Below are positions 30,580 to 41,500 of a DNA stretch of 64,000 bases, piece by piece. Under the pieces are notes generated by a model. It did no database searches. It was not told the DNA's origin and worked only from the letters and a program-made list of their open reading frames with translations. Location: NCBI GenBank assembly GCA_016178055.1, contig JACOUC010000036.1, forward strand, positions 9 through 64,008. Direction: 5' to 3'. The DNA comes from Chlamydiota bacterium (GTDB taxonomy: Bacteria; Auribacterota; JACPWU01). The translations under genes were made by a program, and so were the position numbers. Position 1 is the first letter of the stretch; every line of letters begins with the position of its first letter.

Positions 30580-31797
30580 TTACCGATCCCGCCCAGGTCT
30601 ACCTACTCCTGAGTCTCCCCCAGACATTCCAGGGTCATGAACATCAGTTCCAGAATGATCCCCTATCCCTCTACCCTCAGGTGCGTGAGATTCAATAGGC
30701 CCTATACCTCCATCCCCACCATGGGAAGGGCCTGGACTTTCAACAGCATTGGAAATGGTTTCCCTCAAAGATGAAGCAACACTCTCTCTTACATGACCTG
30801 ATGGAGCTCCAGAACCTAAATTTGAAGATGAAGGAAGATTAAGATTCAAATGAGCAGCTCCTTGATTTCTATCAAAATCCGGCCTCGAAAAATCCATTCT
30901 TCCCAACCCATTTTTAAAATCATTTCCTAATGTCTTAAAGTCATTCCCCTGAAGTTTCAGTGCATCCTTAAATTCTTGAAGGTCTTTGAAATCAAATTTT
31001 CCTCTGAGATCTTCTTTGATATTCTCCGCCCAATTTACATTTTGATGATTCTCTTGATATTCTTCATGAAGCTCTTTTAATTTCTTTTTAATTTTATGCC
31101 TTACCTTGCCATACCCTGGCCTTCCCTCTTCCATATTTTGACTGCCAGAATTAATAGTATCTGTCAGTCCTCCCGTTGAAGAACCTCCTCCAAACGAAGT
31201 CGGAGAACTCCAAAAATTACTACCTCCCACAAATCCTTCGTAATAATAATTATTTGAGGAATCACCCCCTTGAGCACTATCCTGGGTTGTATTTAAAGAT
31301 GAAGAATCACCCCCTGAACTCCCTGAACTACTCGTTCCTGAACTGCTCGTTCCGCCACTGCTTTCATTACTTGTATCCGTATTTGTATTTGAGTTTTCTT
31401 GATGATGTTTAATCAATTTTTTAATGACCTTTCGCCTACGTTGACGACGTTCTTTGGGAGATAATTTGCCATGGCCTAAAAGAGTTCCTTCCTTCAAATT
31501 TTTTAAATTTGGATTTTTCGGATTTCCTTTATTTCCATCTCCCTTTTTTCCTTTTCCTCCCGGCTGATCGCTATGAACCTCGCCCTCGCCCTTCTGACCA
31601 TGATGGTCTTGAACAGTTTCCGAACGCTTTTCTTCATGAGATCCCTCTCCTCCAGAAGACGGGTTATTACTCTGATTCACCTGTTCTCCAGGAGAGGAGG
31701 CCAGAGGGTCTCCTTCTCCAGAAGGCCCAGCGTCTGAAGAGAATCCACTGATGACAAACAAGGTGAGAAAAACAATTAGAGAAACCTTTCGTCCCAT
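30580..31797 (-). CDS. Secreted low-complexity G/S/N/H-rich protein, unknown function
   Basis: Start chosen at MGRKVSLIVFLTLFVISGFSS (signal-like), with GGGAGA 7 nt upstream and TATAAT further upstream. The remainder is compositionally biased. Confidence 0.45.
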   Translation of the reverse strand: MGRKVSLIVFLTLFVISGFSSDAGPSGEGDPLASSPGEQVNQSNNPSSGGEGSHEEKRSETVQDHHGQKGEGEVHSDQPGGKGKKGDGNKGNPKNPNLKNLKEGTLLGHGKLSPKERRQRRRKVIKKLIKHHQENSNTNTDTSNESSGGTSSSGTSSSGSSGGDSSSLNTTQDSAQGGDSSNNYYYEGFVGGSNFWSSPTSFGGGSSTGGLTDTINSGSQNMEEGRPGYGKVRHKIKKKLKELHEEYQENHQNVNWAENIKEDLRGKFDFKDLQEFKDALKLQGNDFKTLGNDFKNGLGRMDFSRPDFDRNQGAAHLNLNLPSSSNLGSGAPSGHVRESVASSLRETISNAVESPGPSHGGDGGIGPIESHAPEGRGIGDHSGTDVHDPGMSGGDSGVGRPGRDR

Positions 31798-31885
31798 AAA
31801 AGAATCTCCCATTACATTATAGCATGTAAAAGGAAAGGCGGTAGGGTAGCGGTAAATTTTACATAATATACTAGAGAGCAATAAG

Positions 31886-32230
31886 TTAAATATAAAAAGA
31901 GGCTTGCATTTGTGTTGATTTATTACTTGATGATTTGTCTTTTAGGAGGGGATCAAACTGACTTTCAATCACTTCCTTCAAATCTTTCATCTCGACATGG
32001 CGATACCAGATATTATCAGGGAAAATCATCACATTAGGCCCTTGAGCACAAAGATCAAAACACCCCGACCGACTCACACGGACTTTCCCTTTTAGACCAT
32101 GATCTTTCACATAAGACTTTAAATATTCGCAAATCTCTTCCCCTGCTTGAGCGCAAGACACTTCACCATTTTTACGATGGTTCGTGCAGATAAAGATATG
32201 CTTTTGATAAGGATTTTTAGAGGCTTTCAT
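31886..32230 (-). CDS. Thioredoxin-like [2Fe-2S] ferredoxin
   Basis: HIFICTNHR...C and GCFDLCAQGPNVMIFPDNIWY give the four-Cys pattern of (2Fe-2S) ferredoxin-domain proteins. Confidence 0.7.
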   Translation of the reverse strand: MKASKNPYQKHIFICTNHRKNGEVSCAQAGEEICEYLKSYVKDHGLKGKVRVSRSGCFDLCAQGPNVMIFPDNIWYRHVEMKDLKEVIESQFDPLLKDKSSSNKSTQMQASFYI

Positions 32231-32300
32231 TGTTGACCTTCTTTTAGCACAATCATTTTACCATGAATATTTTGTATTTACTCACTCTAAGAGAAAGAAT

Positions 32301-33170
32301 ATGATATCTCCACTTATGCAAAAATTATCGATTAAAGAACTTGAAAATTTAGCCCATGAGATGAGAAAAGACATCATTATCATGATTGGAAAAGCCGCCT
32401 CGGGTCATCCAGGAAGTTCGCTTTCCGCCATTGATATAATCACAGCCCTTTTCTTCAATATCATGCGGCATGACTCTAAAAATCCGCACTGGCAGGATCG
32501 AGACCGCTTTGTTCTCAGCAAAGGCCATGCAGCCCCTGCCCTTTACGCCGCTTATGAAAGATCCGGCTATTTTCCCTATGAGTGGATTTATAATTTGCGA
32601 AAATTAGGCTCTCCCCTGCAGGGACATCCCGATCGTAGAAAAATGGATTTTGTCGAAGCCTCCACGGGTTCGCTTGGCCAAGGCCTTTCAGTCGCTTTAG
32701 GAATTGGGCTTGCAGCCAAGCTCGACAAAAAAGACTACTGGACTTACTGCATGATTGGCGATGGAGAATCCAATGAGGGGCAAATATGGGAAGCTGCGAT
32801 GTTTGCCTCCCATCAGAAAATAGACAATGTCACTGTCATTTTAGATTACAACAAATTTCAACTGGATGGGGCCGTCAAAGACATTTTAAACATGGAGCCC
32901 ATGAAACATAAGTGGGAATCCTTTGGCTGGCATGTTCAGGAAATTGATGGTCACAACATGAAACAAATTATTGATTCTTTAGAACAAGCTAAAAAAATCA
33001 AAAATCAACCTACGATGATCATTGCCCATACGGTCAAAGGGAAAGGAGTCTCTTTCATGGAAAATAACAATCACTTTCATGGGGTTGCTCCTACGCCTGA
33101 TGAAATGAGAAAAGCGCTCTCAGAATTAGGTGAAAAATCAGAACGAATTGAAGAAATTTTAAAAAGATAG
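32301..33170 (+). CDS. Transketolase, N-terminal (TPP-binding) subunit
   Basis: GHPGSSLSAIDI, LSKGHAAPALYA and GDGESNEGQIWEA motifs. Confidence 0.9.
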   Translation: MISPLMQKLSIKELENLAHEMRKDIIIMIGKAASGHPGSSLSAIDIITALFFNIMRHDSKNPHWQDRDRFVLSKGHAAPALYAAYERSGYFPYEWIYNLRKLGSPLQGHPDRRKMDFVEASTGSLGQGLSVALGIGLAAKLDKKDYWTYCMIGDGESNEGQIWEAAMFASHQKIDNVTVILDYNKFQLDGAVKDILNMEPMKHKWESFGWHVQEIDGHNMKQIIDSLEQAKKIKNQPTMIIAHTVKGKGVSFMENNNHFHGVAPTPDEMRKALSELGEKSERIEEILKR

Positions 33171-33183
33171 CGATGAACAACGA

Positions 33184-33262
33184 GTCCACGGTCAACGGTC
33201 TACAGTCCATAGAAAAAAATAATTCCTTTAAAGCTGTGAACCGTTGACTGTGGACTGTGGAC
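33184..33262. repeat. Empty hairpin with heptamer-repeat arms between the transketolase subunit genes
   Basis: GTCCACG GTCAACG GTCTACA GTCCAT (33184..33210), a 23-nt A/T loop, then CTGTGAA CCGTTGA CTGTGGA CTGTGGA C (33234..33262). The arms are complementary arrays of GTCNACR. Confidence 0.75.
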
Positions 33263-33327
33263 CATTTTCCTCTAGATGGGTGGACGAAAGTTGGATGAAT
33301 TAAAATTACAATGACTAGGAAACATCT

Positions 33328-34287
33328 ATGCCTCTCGAAAAAAAATTAGGTGCAGCAACGCGTGATGCTTATGGGAAAGCCCTCATAGAGCTTGGGAAGA
33401 AAAACCAAAACATTGTCGTCTTGGATGCGGATCTCTCCAAATCAACTAAAACCGAACTTTTTGGAAAAGAATTCCCGGATCGATTTATTAACTGCGGCAT
33501 CATTGAAGCAAACATGGTGGGTGTTGCATCGGGACTCGCCCTTTCAGGAAAAATTGTCTTTGTTTCAAGCTTTGCCTGCTTTGTCATCTGCAAATCCTAC
33601 GATCAACTGCGCATGTCTATCGCCAATCCCATGGCCAATGTCAAAATCGTCGCCTCTCATGGTGGAATCAGTGTCGGTGAGGACGGAGCCTCTCAACAGG
33701 CGATCGAAGACATTGCTCTTGCAGCTTCTCTTCCAGGATTCACCGTCATCCTCCCTTCGGATGAACATTGCACGCGAGAGCTCGTCATTCAAGCAGCCCA
33801 AACTCCTGGCCCCTTTTATATTCGCACCGGACGCCCGAAAGCCCCACTTGTTCACACTGAAAAAACGAAATTTAAAATTGGAAAAGGGGTCCTCCTCCGG
33901 GAAGGACAGGATGTCACACTCATTGCAAATGGCCTTCTTGTCTTTGAAGCCTTAATGGCTGCAGAAAAACTTCAAAATGAAGGAATGAGCGCTTCTGTCA
34001 TTGACATGCACACCATTAAGCCTCTGGATTTGGAGCTCTTAAAATCCGAGTGCAAAAAAACGGGAGCCATTGTAACCGCCGAAGAGCATCTTTTAATTGG
34101 AGGCTTAGGAAGTGCAGTAGCCCAAGCAACGGCTCAAATCCATCCTGTTCCCATCGAATATGTTGCCATCAACGACACCTACGCAGAATCTGGAAAAGGT
34201 GACGAGCTTCTTGTAAAATATGGCCTCACCTCCCGCCATATTGTCGAATCTGTCCGAAAAGTGTTTAAGAGAAAATCTCTACGCTAA
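33328..34287 (+). CDS. Transketolase, C-terminal (pyrimidine-binding) subunit
   Basis: FINCGIIEANMVGVASGLA, HGGISVGEDGASQQ and the C-terminal domain pattern. Confidence 0.9.
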   Translation: MPLEKKLGAATRDAYGKALIELGKKNQNIVVLDADLSKSTKTELFGKEFPDRFINCGIIEANMVGVASGLALSGKIVFVSSFACFVICKSYDQLRMSIANPMANVKIVASHGGISVGEDGASQQAIEDIALAASLPGFTVILPSDEHCTRELVIQAAQTPGPFYIRTGRPKAPLVHTEKTKFKIGKGVLLREGQDVTLIANGLLVFEALMAAEKLQNEGMSASVIDMHTIKPLDLELLKSECKKTGAIVTAEEHLLIGGLGSAVAQATAQIHPVPIEYVAINDTYAESGKGDELLVKYGLTSRHIVESVRKVFKRKSLR

Positions 34288-34502
34288 TTAATCTTTTTTT
34301 AAATCTTTTTACACAATAACACTAGAACCTTCGTAGGCAACCTTGATATGAAACTTACTCACCTTAGAAATCAAGCCACCAAAGCCATATCAAAATCTGG
34401 AAATAAAATAACGGCTGGATGAACCTTAAGGGCTTTTGCTAGAACCAAAGCCCTTTCTCTACCCATATAATGTGCATCTGTTTCCATGGCAAGAGAGAAC
34501 TA

Positions 34503-34679
34503 TCAAATGTTTTCTAAATGAGAACTGGGAAATTCTTGGAGATAAAGTTCCGTGGCTTCTTTTAAGTTCGAAATGGCCTCTTCCAATGCAGAACCTTGAC
34601 TGACAGTTCCAACCTCTGGACATTCCGCAACGTAAAGATGATCTTCTTTATGAATAACTGCGCAAAAGGACTGAAACAT
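34503..34679 (-). CDS. HicB-like (UPF0150) antitoxin-family protein, 58 aa
   Basis: My own translation, since the ORF is below the track cutoff: MFQSFCAVIHKEDHLYVAECPEVGTVSQGSALEEAISNLKEATELYLQEFPSSHLENI. AGGAG lies upstream. No hicA partner was seen. Confidence 0.65.
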   Translation of the reverse strand: MFQSFCAVIHKEDHLYVAECPEVGTVSQGSALEEAISNLKEATELYLQEFPSSHLENI

Positions 34680-34714
34680 TTTACTATAGCTCCTATATAT
34701 CTTTAATTTAAGTA

Positions 34715-34740
34715 TTGCGGAAATCTATTACGCTGCGGCG
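34715..34740. repeat. Duplicated copy of the ORF2 3' end and downstream sequence
   Basis: TTGCGGAAATCTATTACGCTGCGGCG compared with TGCGGGAATCTGTTACGCGGCGGCGG at 35551..35577. On the minus strand both read GCNGCNGCG-TAA-YAGATTYCCGCA. Confidence 0.7.
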
Positions 34741-34768
34741 TCAGAGAGTGTTAAGAGTTATAAGGTGA

Positions 34769-35215
34769 TTAAATAAACTTTTTTTTGAGTTTTTTTAAGA
34801 AATCTTCGATTTCACCCTGTTGCATTCTTTGATGATCAATCAAGGCACAATCAATGGCCTCAATTAAACTATTTTTTTCAGAGTAGTTTAGAACTAATTC
34901 ATGAACTACCTTGTCAAGCAGTGGAAGCTCTTCTCTTAAGACAGACCAAACAATATCGATATCAATCCCAAAATATTCATGCGTAATTTTATTTCTAAAG
35001 TCTACTATTGGGCGATATTGTTCATTCAAAATTTTATATCGAATCAAATTACCAATCGCTTCCCCTATCACTTGTAGTTCTCTCAAAACTGCATCGTATG
35101 ACCTAAAATCTCGCAAGAGCTCTTGCTTGGAGAAAAAACTGCGAACAAGGTGATTTACCTTATAAATAGCCACTAAAACATCAACAATATAATGTTCCAC
35201 ATCACGCTTAGGCAT
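34769..35215 (-). CDS. HepT/DUF86-family toxin (nucleotidyltransferase substrate-binding protein-like)
   Basis: The RNKITHEYFGIDIDIVW (RxxxHxY) motif. It overlaps the upstream MNT gene by 8 nt. Confidence 0.8.
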   Translation of the reverse strand: MPKRDVEHYIVDVLVAIYKVNHLVRSFFSKQELLRDFRSYDAVLRELQVIGEAIGNLIRYKILNEQYRPIVDFRNKITHEYFGIDIDIVWSVLREELPLLDKVVHELVLNYSEKNSLIEAIDCALIDHQRMQQGEIEDFLKKLKKKFI

Positions 35216-35498
35216 AAATCACATCTTTTTGAATACGACGGCGAATAAATTCTTTTAAGGAAGACTCAAGTCCAAGATCGACCTTTTTTTTGAAAGAAGA
35301 TTCAAGAAAATGGTTCAAATTAAAAAAACTCCTGAATTTATTTGGACTTACAATATCGACAAGAATATCAATATCACTCTCCTCACGAGCCTCATTTCGT
35401 GCGTAGCTCCCAAACAAACCGATGCTGACGACCCCAAAGTTTGTCTTAAGCTCTGCTTTATGTCTTTGAAGAAAATGGAGAATTTCGTCACGTGTCAT
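35208..35498 (-). CDS. MNT-type nucleotidyltransferase antitoxin
   Basis: The GLFGSYARNEAREESDIDILVD (GSxxRGx...DxD) motif. Confidence 0.85.
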   Translation of the reverse strand: MTRDEILHFLQRHKAELKTNFGVVSIGLFGSYARNEAREESDIDILVDIVSPNKFRSFFNLNHFLESSFKKKVDLGLESSLKEFIRRRIQKDVIYA

Positions 35499-35550
35499 AA
35501 ATATATTTATTTAAGTATAGCGTATTTTTAAAGTTGATGGTCACAAAAAA

Positions 35551-35577
35551 TGCGGGAATCTGTTACGCGGCGGCGGC
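35551..35577. repeat. Original copy of the repeat at the ORF2 stop codon
   Basis: See 34715..34740. The two copies bracket the MNT-HepT pair. Confidence 0.7.
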
Positions 35578-38500
35578 GGCGAGTTCTGAGATGGCTTTGA
35601 GGTTGTTGCGAGTGATTTCGTCAGAAAGGTTTTTGCGTTCGATATGAATAGTTTTATTTTCTCTAAATTGTTGTGCAAGATTCGGGTCAATTTTCCCAAT
35701 CATTTCTAACACCTCGGGACTGACAGAATCTACCTGAATATTGATTTCATCATTGCTTAAGAGAATGATGTTAAGATCTTTCGAAATCAAACCTTCATAG
35801 AGACTACGATGTTCCATATGAACGATAAATTGAAAGTCTTTTTTCTCCAGTGCTTCTAATCCATATCCAGGTTTGGCAAGTTCAGCCTTAATAAAGTTGA
35901 ACAGTGCCTCACCCGCTAGGTCCTTACTTTCAGGAGTAAGTAATAAGACACTTCTATTGTTTTCCTCTCCTGTTATGCTAAGCAAGCTGTCAAACTCTGG
36001 CCCCAATGCACTCTTTAAAGAATCCTTTTTAATCTGATCATGATTCATGAGCACAATTTTAAATCCCTTATTATTTTTCATCTTCTGAGCAGCTTCTTTC
36101 AAAATCTCAATATAAAAATCCGCCTCAGGTCGCTTGACTCCCTTTGCATCGACCAAATTAGCTAAATCAAAATCAACGACGCCTTTTCCTTTACCAAACG
36201 ACTCGCGGCTGTTCACAAAGAGATTTAAGAAAGCTTTTGTTGCAACACGAAGATGATTGGGTAGCACTCGTATGTTTTTCAGCTCCTCGTCCTTCCATCG
36301 ATCAATCTGTTCAGATTTGGTTTTTAAACTTAGCTTTTCAGCATCCGTCATTTCATATTGATCAATTTTGGATTTGAAAGTGCTCGAAGGCTCTAATCCA
36401 TTCAGCTCTTCTCCACTGGCAAGTTTCATCTCAAGCTGCAATCTCCAACCAGCCTCGGCTGCAACGCCCGAGCGATGGGCATTAAGGCTCGAGGCTCGAG
36501 GCTCGAGGCTCGAGGTAGAAGACTTTTTCAGGCCAAACTCCCTATCTTCATGATTAAAAATATCATCAACAACATCTTTAAAGTGAATCCGCCCATCAAA
36601 AAGGGTTACCGTCGCGGCTTCAATCAAATATTCAATGGGGATGACTGACCAGCGAACGCCATCCACATCTACCGTGACAGAAGAAGCAGTAGAGACGACT
36701 CCATCTGCATCCGTCGTTGTGAAATAATAGGGATGCCGCCCCCTATCTGGCGAGTCGTTGCGACTTGCAAAAATAATGTTGCGGTCTGTAAACCATTCTT
36801 TGATCTGAGCATCGGTCAACGCCATTCCCCTAACGCTTAAACTATTCTTTAAACGCTCCACATATCCATCAGGTCCCGATTGACGATGTTTAACCTGCTC
36901 ATAAATATCTTGGGCATTTTCTTCAGAAAAATGACCGGACCCAATGGTGCGGGAGGTGATAGAAGAGGGCATCGCTGGAGCTATCGCAAGTGGATCCATA
37001 AGGCTCTGAACCTGAACAGTCTTATCATCCGAACCCTTGCTTCGAATGTTTAAGTTTGGTTGGGTCCTGTCGTCTAAGATATCTATCCCTTCTGCCTGCT
37101 CAACCAGGACGCGTGGAACATCTCTCACAGGAACCCTTGAAATCACTCTTCCCATCTGCGAGTCACTGAGGGGATCAGAGATTCCATCCGTCATTTCAAG
37201 TAGCCAAGACCCTGATGGAACCTCTTCTGCTACAACGACTATTGGAAAATATAGATGATTGGCAATCAGGCTATTCACCACCCTGTTTCTTCTCTGCCAC
37301 AGTTGCTCAGGAGTATATCGATTGAAGTCACTTGGAATGAGATGTTCCCACTTCTCAAAATCACCCTCCTGCTCCACAGTAGAATAAAAGGGCTGCAAGG
37401 TCCATATCAAACGTATTTTTTTTGCCCTTCGGGCATCGTAAATAAGAAGTGACGAAGAGGTTGTCACTGGATAATTGTCTATCGTTAAAGGTAAAAGTTT
37501 TGTCTTAGGCCTTCGTAAATAGACCCGAGAATCGCCCGCATTAATGGTATAGACCATATAGGTTCCGTCTTTTTTTGGGATCACAAGAGACACGGCTGCT
37601 GTTGTCCCCATTCTATTGATCGGAAAAAGTTTTAAAAAAATATTCCAATCCTTTCCGTAGAAGAAAGATTCCAACTCATTAATCCGCGCCTCAGATCGAG
37701 ATACTGCATCAAAAGCCTCTAATATACCCCTTTGATTATCGCGAAAATGTTTCCTTAAAGATTCGACATCACCCTGGGTCGTTGACCCTCTCTTCATCTC
37801 CTCGACCCATTCGGGTGTAAAAATTGACGGCTCAGAAGAAAAGGATTTTCTCAAAACTCTTTTGATCTGATTGCGATCATGGGCGCTTAAGGGGATGCGC
37901 AACACACGAGAGATGATGTTATCTAAGTAGGACTCGATCATCGATTCCGGCACTTCTTCTAAGATCATATAAGGATTTGGAACTTGGCTCATCTTCTCTA
38001 TGACAGAGTGGGCCCTTTTAAAAGAGCGAGCAAGGATTGTATAAACCTGATCTTCATCCGAGGCCTCCTCTAATTCCTCGGAAAGGATAGAGGAAATCAC
38101 AATCTTGGCAAGGGTACTGGCGACCTGCCCTCCAGGACGACCTCCCACGCCATCCAAAACGCCCGATACCCTCCAGCCATTCCTTAAAACCATCGCAAAT
38201 CGATTGTCCTCATTTCGATCCGGATGCGCACTGGAAGCCTTTGTCAGATGTGAAAACACAGTGGCTTCAACCCTCCATCGGTCGACATCCTGTGCTAAAC
38301 TCTCAAGGGAAGCTTGATCATTATGAGAAATGTTTGGATCATTGCGGATTTCGAGAATCAATTTTTCAGAGGGCGCTAAACCTTGTAAATATTTCTGGTC
38401 GCTTCTCTTCCTAGCCAGCAAAAGATCATGATGGATGCGCTCACCCTTTGAGGCACGGTATTCAGCGGCGACACCCACACGATGGGCTTGTTGACGAAGG

Positions 38501-41500
38501 TCAATAGACAACTGGTCGATTCGACTGACTCCCACTTTCTTCATTAGCTCAAGCAATCTTTGATATTCACTTCCTTCATGGGTCACAATGCCACTCACCA
38601 CTCTATCAATGTCTGTATCAAGCTCGCCAGAGGGTTCAAGATAATCGACGGTGATGAGGGTGTAAAGCTGGTTATTCGCCACAAAACTGATGGATGGACT
38701 GCGGGCTCCGATGATATTGGTAAGATAGTGAGAATCTCTTTGACGATCACCTCCCGGCATTTCTCGTAAGTCGCTTAACCGAACATAAAGAACTTGCACG
38801 TTTTGGGCCAATGCCGTTTGATCTATCTCTTCGAGATCGAGGCCCCACTGGGCACACTGATCACGCGTGTTTGTTTGAGTCGTTTTAATTCGATTTACAA
38901 AATCCGTCACACTCAAACTCGTCACATCCGAAAGCTGAATATCCGGGTGATTTCCAACGACATGGGAGTTAAAGCTTCCAGAACCTCCTGAAGTTTCAGT
39001 GTCCCATCCTTCCATACCCATTAGACCCCACTCACCCTGTCCAGTAAAGCTCATATCTCCTCCTGCCGATAAGAAGCTGGCCATGCTGGATTCTTCCGCC
39101 TTCAGCTTTTCACCAAGGCTAATAATCTCGAGCAACTTTTCTCTCGCTTCCTCAAAATCCATTCTGTTTTTTGCTGGATTCAAAACTTTTTGAGTTTCTC
39201 CATCAACAACCACCGAGGAACGATTTGCCGCAAGCTCGTTATGTAATCCCTTCTTTACCCACTCGATCCACAATTTCCACATTTCTCCCTCTCCTCGACC
39301 CAGAGGCCTGTTATCTTCCAAAATATTCAGATTAGGCTGTGCAAACAATTTTCTTAAAAACACATTCACTGTTTTTCTAAATGCTGGATATTGTTGAACA
39401 AGTACTCTCAAACCTCCATGAACTCCTTTTAAAAATTGGTTTGCATTTATCCACGAAATTTCTTCTTCTTGAATATCTTGATCAGAAAAAGGATCTTTTC
39501 CATGACTCAAAACATGAAAAATCATAACAGCCATGCCATATAAATCAGAACGTCTTAAAGGATCTGGATCACTGACATCAACCGGTTCTAAATGTTGCTG
39601 AAACATCTGTGTTAATAACTTTTCCGGTGATAAATAAGAGGAACTGCCTGATACTTGTCCTCCATCTTTAGAAAGGTCATCTGTTTTAGACCTTGCAAGT
39701 CCAAAATCGATCAATTGGGTCTGAAGCGTTATCGGATCTACGATCACATTATCTTCTTTAACATCATGATGATTGACATCACCGTCTTGAACTCCTTGTA
39801 AGGAGTTCAGAAAATTCAGCGATACGCGAGCCAGTTTGATCATGTCGTCCACCGAAAAAGCCCCAGATGATGGAAAATCCTTCACCCAATCATCGAAGGT
39901 CACCCCTTCTACCCATTCCATCGCAATAAAAAAGGACTTTTTCTCTTTTTTCTCTACACCTGAAACGAAAGTTCCTTCTCCAAAATCATAAATTGCTGCA
40001 ACATCTTTACGATGAATTTTGGCTTGAAGTTCAGCCTCCCTCTTAAAGAAAGGTAATTTGTCTTGATCCAATGCCTCTTTAATCAGAACGCGTCTGCCAT
40101 TCTCATCCTCTGCAATCCAAATCCTTCCCATTCCGCCTTGGGCAAGGTAGCCAACAATGTCATAACGATTTTCGAGCCTTGACCCCATATAGGGATATTC
40201 TGATAATTGCTTGCCTTCTAATTTACGAATAGCATCTTGGGCTTCTCCAATCGATAAATCTATACTTGCAATTATATTCTTATGATCAGTGATACGACTT
40301 TTATAGATATTCTTATCTAATCCATTTAAGAAACTCTCAGAAAAAGAAGCAATTCGTTTTATATCTTTAGTAATCTCCCATTTTTCCAACCTTGTAAGCA
40401 TAGTATTCAAGGAGCCTGTGAATGCGGCAGTAAAGGCATCAAAATTTAAAATGACGGTTTTTGGAGAAGTTGTAAGTGTCTGTAAAATAAACTCACAAGA
40501 TTGCTCAAAGGAATCCAATGTTCTTGGAGTTTGAACACTGTTTAAGTTTTCAAGACCTGCAATTAGAGCAATATAGGCATTGGCTAAATGAAGCTGGCTT
40601 TCAAGAGAGGCACCTCCTCTTTGAAGGGATTCAAGATTATTTCTGACCTCTGGTAAAAGAGGAGAAACAAGAGGATTCGTCGAATGATAACTCAAAAGGG
40701 CTTCGATCTTCCACTCATCTACTTGATTGGCTAAGCCCTCAAGATCTTTTGCACCTGTTGGAAGCTTAAGTTGAGAAGCAGGTTTCAGAGATTGAAGATA
40801 TTGAATATTTCCTGTCTTGGCAGCAAGGAGGATGTCCCAATGAATTCTTTCGCCATGAGTCTGAGCAAATTCTGTTCTGACACCCGTCTGATGGGCTTCT
40901 CTTCTAAGCGATTCAGGAAGAGCAGCTATCGTGTCTACCTGAGCTTCACCCATCCTCTCTATCAGCTCTTGATATTCCGACCTCTCATGAACGACAATAC
41001 CTCGGGCAGTTTTTTGAACATCTAAGCTTTCATCAGGCTTATCTTTTAAATAATCCACACTGATCACCGTGTAAAGCTGACCATTCACCACAAAACTGAT
41101 GGAGGAGCTTCTGCTCTTACCCGTTGAATCCGTGAAATAATGAAGATCTTGAGAACTGATCCGGCCAGGAAGGCCATTTAGAGTTGTGAAGAGAATATGA
41201 TGGGTTGGGTCCCCTGCTGTGACTGTCTCTAAAGACTGAGCATCAAGACCAAACTTGCTACATGCTTTTCGCATCTCCTCTTGCATACCTTCTAGCTGCT
41301 CAACAAATTGAGTATCTGTAAGGGTAGTTAAATCAGAAAGTTGAATGTCCTTATTTTCTCCAATGGTGTGGGATTGGAAAATTGGAGTAACTCCAGAAGC
41401 AGAAACAAGTGCTTCCCAACGGTATTGGGTGGGGAATGTCTGCCCTATTTGAGTGATGATAAGGGTTTGTCCATCTTGGCTTAAATTTAAGGAAAACTGA

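Noticed and set aside
33392-33955. 187-aa alternative-frame ORF within the transketolase C-terminal subunit gene, and 24831..25289 within tldD
   Set aside because: They are same-strand overlapping frames inside well-supported genes, with low-complexity composition.
34371-34487. 38-aa minus-strand ORF after the HicB-like gene (METDAHYMGRERALVLAKALKVHPAVILFPDFDMALVA), resembling the last helix of an XRE-type HTH
   Set aside because: It is too short and incomplete to call. It may be a decayed fragment of a longer HicB or HTH gene, but I cannot support it as a feature.
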